The notes beneath the pieces were generated by a model, which did no database searches, had not been told where the DNA came from, and worked only from the letters and a program-made list of their open reading frames with translations. 12,783 nucleotides of DNA from Perkinsela sp. CCAP 1560/9 (lineage: Eukaryota > Protista > Euglenozoa: Kinetoplastea). Shown here piece by piece: positions 6,713-12,783 of this stretch (positions are counted from its first letter, which is position 1; the number at the start of each line of letters is the position of its first letter). Where the stretch lies: the NCBI GenBank assembly GCA_965644495.1, contig CBFFSA010000090.1, positions 1 through 12,783 of the forward strand. The letters run 5' to 3'. The position numbers and the translations under genes are program-made.

Positions 6713-8503
6713 TCATACAATGTAACCTTTGGAGTGCACACGTTTTCGACCTTTCTTTAGAGATGCACGTGTTTCGCCCAAGGCCTCGGCTTTTTCTTCA
6801 ACTTGACGTTTGGAAAATGATGCCGCTTCATAGATCCCTCTTACCTTTTTGCTCAAAAGCGACGCTGCACCTTTACGTGAATCTATTTTGCGGCTGAGTG
6901 CGGTGGACTTTTTCCCTTCCTCTTTTGCAAAGGGATCTGAACTTGTGTGAGAACCCAACTTCTTTTCATTTTCCGGCTTATTATCCAACCCTAATCGGCG
7001 TTGCTTCTCCACGAGAGCTTCGGAGGTCGCTGATCGAAAGGGCGCCTCTCGGATAAGATCCTCCTCGGAAGAGCTCTCATCGTTCATAGATTCCGAACTT
7101 TCTCCCTTACTATCCACCACACTACTCTTTTCTACCCCAGTTTTCTTCTTGCCACGCTGTGTAGCCTTCAAACCGTTGGTTTCGGAAACATCTTTTTCAT
7201 CCTCCTGGGCCACACTCCCCGACTCAACACCTGCTACGTAGCTTGGATCCACCAGCTTTCGAAGCTCCTGCGCACGTTGAGGCACATCTCCATGAAACAC
7301 GGCCCGATGCGTCACCTTGGTCTCGTCAGAGACACTCTCGACTTCCCCTTCCTTACGCAAGCTCACCGTGAAGGGACTGATATGCGGAGGACAACGTTCG
7401 CCCATTTCGTAACCCGTCACGGGTAGCACCATACGTGTGTTTAAACAATCAAACACGTACTGGGGCTGGAGATACTCCACGCCTTCTCTTTTTTCCTCCC
7501 CAGGAGGGAGCGATGGGCGATCCACAACCACATGTGTGATATCGGAAAAATCCGAAAACGGCACCACACGACCCCCCAAGCAACGAATCACAAAACCCAC
7601 CTGCGCCGGCACAGCCTCTCGAGAGAGGTAAAACACCAGAGAAGAGAACACACGCCTCGAAACCGCCTCTTTCTCACTCTCCCCCTCTGCCTCCTTCGGA
7701 AACGGTACACTCTCCGGGGTGCACTCCTGCGCCTCCTTCGCCTCCCCTGCCGCATCTTTTTCCAACTTATACAACACGAACCGCACAAAACTGAGGTAGA
7801 ACTCCAGAAACGACAGCAGCACGCGGTGCTCCACCGTCTTCGGGGCGGCTGCGGCGAAGTCATGCGGCACGCGCCACACCACCGGGCGCCCCTGGACCCG
7901 GGCCTGGTAGTAAAACCCTTTAATACTGATAAAGCCTTTCTCCAGAGCGTGCTGCGTGGCGACGTAGTTACTCCAGCGCTCCGCCAGGGCTTGACACTGC
8001 TGGTGCATCCCGGTGGTGGGGTAGGCGTGGCCCTCGATGGTGGTCTCGGAGGCGATCGTGGGGGGGAGGATGGCATAGAGGAAAATCGAGGAGAGCGCGT
8101 CCCCGAGATCACGTAGGGCGTCCGGGAAACGGGGGTAGCGCTCCCGGATGGTGTGGTCGAGGGTGTAGTGGGGTCGGTGGGTTTTGTCGAAACGTTCGGC
8201 TTCGTCGGGGTGGGCTTCGGCTTCCAGGGTGCGGCATTTTTTTTCGTGTGTGGCGTAGTCGCGGAGGGTTTGGAGAATGGGGTCCGCGACGAGGTATTTG
8301 ATGTCTCGGGTGAGGTAGTAGACTTTGTCTTTGCCCTCACTGCTGCGGAAGTTGGAGGGTTGGCGGGGGTAGATGCCTTTGAGGATGAGGACGCGTTTGA
8401 ACTCTTTGTTGTCGAGTTGGAGTAGACGTTTGGCTTGACCTTTGGTGAGGAAGCGTTTTTTAAAGTTACGTTTCCGTGAGGCTTTGGTGTGGGGACGAGC
8501 CAT
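6713..8503 (-). CDS. PES1: Pescadillo / Nop7 (PeBoW complex, 60S biogenesis)
   Basis: Pescadillo N-domain (FKRVLILKGIYPRQP, YYLTRDIKYL, LDHTIRERYPRFPDALRDLGDALS, FISIKGFYYQA) and BRCT domain (FYLSRE..ITHVVVDRP..YLQPQYVFDCLN..CPPHISPF). Likely start is MARPHTK at 8503 (596 aa) rather than 8632. Confidence 0.96.
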   Translation of the reverse strand: MARPHTKASRKRNFKKRFLTKGQAKRLLQLDNKEFKRVLILKGIYPRQPSNFRSSEGKDKVYYLTRDIKYLVADPILQTLRDYATHEKKCRTLEAEAHPDEAERFDKTHRPHYTLDHTIRERYPRFPDALRDLGDALSSIFLYAILPPTIASETTIEGHAYPTTGMHQQCQALAERWSNYVATQHALEKGFISIKGFYYQARVQGRPVVWRVPHDFAAAAPKTVEHRVLLSFLEFYLSFVRFVLYKLEKDAAGEAKEAQECTPESVPFPKEAEGESEKEAVSRRVFSSLVFYLSREAVPAQVGFVIRCLGGRVVPFSDFSDITHVVVDRPSLPPGEEKREGVEYLQPQYVFDCLNTRMVLPVTGYEMGERCPPHISPFTVSLRKEGEVESVSDETKVTHRAVFHGDVPQRAQELRKLVDPSYVAGVESGSVAQEDEKDVSETNGLKATQRGKKKTGVEKSSVVDSKGESSESMNDESSSEEDLIREAPFRSATSEALVEKQRRLGLDNKPENEKKLGSHTSSDPFAKEEGKKSTALSRKIDSRKGAASLLSKKVRGIYEAASFSKRQVEEKAEALGETRASLKKGRKRVHSKGYIV

Positions 8504-8851
8504 GTCGGGAACGGAGAGAAAAAAGTACTTGAGAAAAGAAGTGTTTGAGCAGAAAATGTTTATGTAGAAAAAGCAGAGTACGAAGACAAAAATAATTTTG
8601 TGCGCAGCAAAGATTTTCGTTTTTATACACATGCAATCTATTGTCTAAAGCCTAACTGTGAAAGGACTCAAAAACCCTCCCATCGACTTCTAGGAAGCAT
8701 ACAACGTGAAAAAGAAGTCGTGCAATGCGAAACAAAAGCGTGCTTCTAGATAGGAAAGCCCTTCTACACGTATCTAAATATACATGTACATTTATCCATG
8801 TAAACAGACTGTACATATAAATCTAATACAACGAGCCAATCAATACTTGTG

Positions 8852-11800
8852 CTATGACTCCTCCTCCTCGTCGTCGTCTTGTTGAGTGAATTCAATATCA
8901 GCCGCGATATCGGACTCAGATTCCACCGTAATCGGGACCTCCTCACTCGGAAAAGCTGAAACAGCCTCAACTTGACCAGCACCCGACAGTTTCTGCTGAT
9001 CTCTACAAAGCGAAAATACGAGAGAAATAAGGTCCGGGTTCATACGACCACATGCGGAGAGGGCACGATCTGTATCCTCCAGCTCCGACGGGAGCAAGTG
9101 TGCCCACTCACGAATTTCATCCATCCGAGGACACTTCGGAGCAGCGCTTTTCAGTGCTTTGAACCGCACAGGGGCTGGACTGAGTTTCTCTTTTTTTGCC
9201 TCTACCCTTTCACCCCCCTTTTCCTTCCCACACTTTGTGCAGTTTAACAGATCATGTGTCTCACTTCGGGTGCTGGTGTTGTACGTGAAAAGCGTGCGTA
9301 GGTCATCTAGCGTAAAATGCTGTTTGGATTCCATGTTCGCATCCACAATATTGTTTGAGAGACCTTGTTTGCTGACCTGACGCATAAATATTTTTTCCTC
9401 GATCGTCCCGGTACTGAGCAGACGGTAGATGTAGACTGTCTTCTTCTGTCCGTCTCTCCATACGCGGCCCATGGCCTGGGCATCGTTGGCGGGGTTCCAG
9501 TCTGGGTCGAATAACACCAGTCGGTTTGCCCCTACCAGATTAAGACCCACACCTCCTGCCTTGCTGCTTAGCAGAAACACCGACTCACGTGCTGAAGGAA
9601 TGTTGAAAAGGTCTACAAGTTCTTGTCGACGTTTAATCGGAGTCGAGCCGTCAAGTTGAAAAAAATCAACTCTCTTTGACTTTAAAACGGCTGCGATGAG
9701 CTCCAGTGTTGAGGTAAAGTTCGAAACTACGACAAGTTTGTCGCCCAGCATTCGAAACTGATAAATCAGGGAGAGCAGTAAGTTGCACTTGGCACTTTTT
9801 TCACTCTCCTCAAGTGAGCGTATCAGTTTGAGTGTGTCACGGCTCAGTAACTCAAACCCTTCGTCGTTGGAACTACTTTTCGTATCCGAGAGCAGCAGAG
9901 AGGTGTGGTTGGAGAGTTGCCGCAGAGCTGTGATCGAGGCAAAAGGCTGATGAGAGAGTATTTCCGAGCGCCTCTCCACAAGCTTTTGGTACACTCGTTT
10001 TTGTGACGCGGTGAGATGACAAAACACCGTCATTTCTACCTTGGCGGGGAGGTACTTCTCGTTCAACACCTGTGTACGACGAAGAATAAACTTTCGTGTG
10101 AGCGTGGAGAGAAACTGGGCGCGTTCCTGCCCTAAAAGTTTCTCCTCCTCCTCGCAGTTGGGCTCGCGACCGCGAGCAATTGGTTCTTGAAATACCCGAC
10201 AGAACACATCTAGGGAACCCAGAATTCCAGGATTAACAAACGAGACCATAGCGTGAAACTCCGTAAGGTCATTTTGAATCGGAGTCCCACTAAGAATTAC
10301 CCGACGCTTCGTCGAGACCTCGCTCACAGCCTGGGTCGTTTTAATTTCCGCATTTTTAAGCTTGTGACCCTCGTCACACACCACAAGCTCCACCTGTTTC
10401 ATCCCTCGTATCCGGGAGACGTATTTTCGCAGCTGGTCATAGGAAATCACCAACACATCTCCCTCACTTTCAAACCGGCTCAAAATTCTCTCCCCTCGTG
10501 GAGTAGACTCCGCAATCGCACAAACCTTCACCGTTCCCTCCCCGAGCCACTTCACAAACTCCTTCTGCCAGTTCGCGACCAAACTACACGGTGCAACCAC
10601 CACCGCGCGTCGGGTCACCGGGCGTCCATACATCCCCTGACGCAGACACGTCCAAATCAAACTCACCGCCTGGAGACTTTTCCCCAGTCCCATCTCATCG
10701 GCGAGAATACACCCATGGAAGTCACTCACCCGCGCCCCGGTCACACAGTCGTACAAAAACTGTACCCCTGCAACCTGATGGGGACGCAATTTCGACCCCA
10801 GCCGAGGGTCAACCACCACCGACACCAGCGCCCTCCCCGCGACATCGGTTTTATACGGCGCATGGTACAGTGTCACCGCATTACCCTCTGCCGGGTCATG
10901 CAACGGAACCAGCGCCGTTCCCGGGAGTATCGCCCTCCCTGTGGGATCACGCCGAGCGGCGCCCTTAAACGGAACCTCAAACGTTGCACTCCCCCGAAGT
11001 CCTTTTCGTACCGGGGCTGCCGCCCCTAAGGGAGCTAACACGCTAAGCAGCTTGGACCGCGTAAGGTGCTGGGTCTGTGCCTGTCGTACCGCCAGCAAGG
11101 TCGCCTGCAGCGCCTCCTGCTGCCGCTGCTTTGCTTTTCGCTGAGAGTCAAGAAAAAAGGCTCCGGTACGGAACTCAGATTCCGGGAGGGCGCTGCTGAG
11201 TGTGAGTCTACGAGAGCCCAGGGAGAGGGTGTGGCCGACGACGAGTTTGTCGAGATCGGAGAGGGGAAGGGGGTAGCCTGCGCCCTCACGGGAACCCACA
11301 CGACGACCGTCACAGTCGTAGAGCTGGGCGCCGAGGTGAGGGTCGGTGCTGATGACAAGGATGCCGAAAAGAGAGGGGGTGGAAGAGGAGGAGGAAGAAC
11401 TCGACACAAGTTCAACCCCAAAGTAGAGTTTCCCGAGCAGGCTAAGGGGGAGTCGTGAGGGGAGGTTGGTGGCGGCCTCGTGGTTGGGTGCCGAGGGAGC
11501 TTCCGGAGGGACGGGGTTGGAGGCAGTGGGAACTGGAGAAGGGGTGAGATTCGAGTTTGTGAAGGGAGCGGAGTTTGTGGAGTTTTCAGGTAATGAGGGA
11601 GACGTTTCCTTGGCGTTCGTTTGATCAGAATTTACATTTTCAGAGCGTGGTTTCTTCTTTGGAGAAGGATAGATGTTGCGAGCTAAATGCGCTGCACACG
11701 CACTTTCACTTATAGCATCCTCTGATCTCCCTTTCGCAGGAACATAACGTGGAAGTGATACTCTTGACGCTGAAGATGGGGTTCGACACACGGCACCATC

Positions 11801-11974
11801 TCGCGCTCCAGAGTGTTCCTCACGTGCAGCAGACTGGGGGGTTGGAGAGGCCTGAGGAGCACGAAAGGGTCTTGGTGTAGCAAAAATGGTGGAGGTGGGT
11901 TGAGCATCGTGTCGAGAAGGCTGCGGATTCTGTTTGGTAAGTGAGGATGATGGGGGTCGGGAGAGCAAACCCAT
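8852..11974 (-). CDS. RAD54B: RAD54-family SWI2/SNF2 dsDNA translocase, RAD54B/Rdh54-like
   Basis: VVVDPRLGSKLRPHQ, GCILADEMGLGKS, CDEGHKLKN, SGTPIQNDL, LSSKAGGVGLNL, FDPDWNPANDAQAMGRVWRDGQKK and THDLLNCTKC. The N-terminal GILVI..LYDCDGRRVG..VGHTLSLGSRRL segment resembles the RAD54B/Rdh54 N-domain. Family is clear; paralogue assignment is less so. Confidence 0.92.
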   Translation of the reverse strand: MGLLSRPPSSSLTKQNPQPSRHDAQPTSTIFATPRPFRAPQASPTPQSAAREEHSGARDGAVCRTPSSASRVSLPRYVPAKGRSEDAISESACAAHLARNIYPSPKKKPRSENVNSDQTNAKETSPSLPENSTNSAPFTNSNLTPSPVPTASNPVPPEAPSAPNHEAATNLPSRLPLSLLGKLYFGVELVSSSSSSSSTPSLFGILVISTDPHLGAQLYDCDGRRVGSREGAGYPLPLSDLDKLVVGHTLSLGSRRLTLSSALPESEFRTGAFFLDSQRKAKQRQQEALQATLLAVRQAQTQHLTRSKLLSVLAPLGAAAPVRKGLRGSATFEVPFKGAARRDPTGRAILPGTALVPLHDPAEGNAVTLYHAPYKTDVAGRALVSVVVDPRLGSKLRPHQVAGVQFLYDCVTGARVSDFHGCILADEMGLGKSLQAVSLIWTCLRQGMYGRPVTRRAVVVAPCSLVANWQKEFVKWLGEGTVKVCAIAESTPRGERILSRFESEGDVLVISYDQLRKYVSRIRGMKQVELVVCDEGHKLKNAEIKTTQAVSEVSTKRRVILSGTPIQNDLTEFHAMVSFVNPGILGSLDVFCRVFQEPIARGREPNCEEEEKLLGQERAQFLSTLTRKFILRRTQVLNEKYLPAKVEMTVFCHLTASQKRVYQKLVERRSEILSHQPFASITALRQLSNHTSLLLSDTKSSSNDEGFELLSRDTLKLIRSLEESEKSAKCNLLLSLIYQFRMLGDKLVVVSNFTSTLELIAAVLKSKRVDFFQLDGSTPIKRRQELVDLFNIPSARESVFLLSSKAGGVGLNLVGANRLVLFDPDWNPANDAQAMGRVWRDGQKKTVYIYRLLSTGTIEEKIFMRQVSKQGLSNNIVDANMESKQHFTLDDLRTLFTYNTSTRSETHDLLNCTKCGKEKGGERVEAKKEKLSPAPVRFKALKSAAPKCPRMDEIREWAHLLPSELEDTDRALSACGRMNPDLISLVFSLCRDQQKLSGAGQVEAVSAFPSEEVPITVESESDIAADIEFTQQDDDEEEES

Positions 11975-12300
11975 TATATGGAGGGAAAGTCAAGATGGCT
12001 CACAATGTGGTGAGTCTTCCAATTGAACTTCTATTGAATTGGATCCGAGAGCAAGAGATCCGAGTTTCCAAAGAGGAACACATGACGCACGAAAGGGTAG
12101 AATAAATAAAACCACTGAAAAGATGATCAAAAAATTTGTCTAAAATAATCTCCCAATGGAAAAAGCCTAAAAGAATTACTGGAAAAAAGTTAAAAGACAA
12201 TTTCTCTGCGAAAAGAATTAACCAACTCGTATTAATGTCCATATTTTACCACGCTGTACCAAACAACATTTTTTCTGACGCTTTTACACACCTCACCCTA

Positions 12301-12783
12301 TCAATACCCCCTCGCATCATACTTAAAAAACGGCCCCAATCTGGACCTAAAAAACATATACTGATACGAACTCCTCCGATCAAACGGGTTTAAATGCACC
12401 TTCCCCCACGGCCCCCCCTCCAACCTCTCCCTCTCCCCCACCACCCCGGGCCGCTGCAACCTCACCCCCCTCCTCCCCGCCCCCACCCCCACGCGCCCAC
12501 CCACCCACCGCTGCAGCGCCCCCAGCACCTGCCGCAGCCCCGGGTCCCGCGGGTGCTCCCCCACCCCCTTCCCCACGACCTCCATCGCGGCGGCGTCGTC
12601 CTCCCCGTACGCCGCCGCGAGGCCCCACAGCGCGTACCCCCGGGGGGCGTTGTCGAGGAGCACCGCGCGCTGGGCGTGGACGGTGGCCCCGGGGAGGTCC
12701 CCGGCGTGGAGGAGCACGGCGGAGAGGTCGGCGTGGCGGGCGGCGGCGGCGGGGGGGTCGCGGGCGAGCGGGAGGGCGCGGCG
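12301..12783 (-). CDS. TPR-like helical repeat protein, 5'-truncated by the window edge
   Basis: Frame is open from 12783 to the TGA at 12303-12301. AAARHADLSAVLLHAGDLPGATVHAQRAVLLD and YALWGLAAAYGEDDAAAMEVVGKGVGEHPRDPGLRQVL fit TPR helix spacing. Confidence 0.6.
   Translation of the reverse strand, partial: RRALPLARDPPAAAARHADLSAVLLHAGDLPGATVHAQRAVLLDNAPRGYALWGLAAAYGEDDAAAMEVVGKGVGEHPRDPGLRQVLGALQRWVGGRVGVGAGRRGVRLQRPGVVGERERLEGGPWGKVHLNPFDRRSSYQYMFFRSRLGPFFKYDARGY

Noticed and set aside
7437-8425. Long overlapping or antisense ORFs (7532-8116, 7588-8340, 8153-8425)
   Set aside because: Shadow ORFs caused by high GC and skew in PES1; no recognisable motifs.
8504-8632. 43-aa hydrophobic N-terminal extension of Pescadillo in the ORF track
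   Set aside because: It is the translation of the T-rich upstream tract. Pescadillo is nucleolar, and family similarity starts after the Met at 8503.
10253-11458. Antisense and alternate-frame ORFs over RAD54B (up to 258 aa)
   Set aside because: Explained by stop-codon depletion in the GC-rich island of a conserved gene.
12017-12042. Small imperfect inverted repeat TCCAATTGAA-N6-TTGAATTGGA upstream of RAD54B
   Set aside because: A 10-bp AT-rich stem with a mismatch is compatible with chance.
1-12783. tRNA, rRNA or SL RNA genes; prokaryotic operon or defence system
   Set aside because: No recognisable RNA gene was seen by eye (a covariance-model scan was not possible). The genes are eukaryotic housekeeping types with no shared pathway.

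Overview
Eukaryotic, gene-dense window. All seven host genes are intronless and lie head-to-tail on the minus strand with roughly 240-450 bp spacers, several containing a polypyrimidine tract followed by AG. This is the layout of a kinetoplastid-type polycistronic, trans-spliced unit (organism is inferred; a compact genome such as Perkinsela would fit). In transcription order: TPR-like protein (partial), RAD54B-like SNF2 translocase, Pescadillo/Nop7, SMYD-type SET-MYND methyltransferase, J-domain protein, SLC35A-type nucleotide-sugar transporter, and a >=587-codon HPr-kinase-like P-loop protein that the ORF track misses. A complete 1,224-bp Merlin/IS1016-like (IS1595 family) DNA transposon sits between the J-domain and transporter genes. 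It has 29-bp TIRs, a perfect 8-bp TSD, a candidate trans-splice acceptor of its own and a nonsense codon near the transposase start. Two other oddities stand out: an exact 252-bp copy of an internal piece of the SMYD gene just downstream of that gene, and repeated GC-rich islands inside genes where GC skew flips from C-rich to G-rich about a centre.
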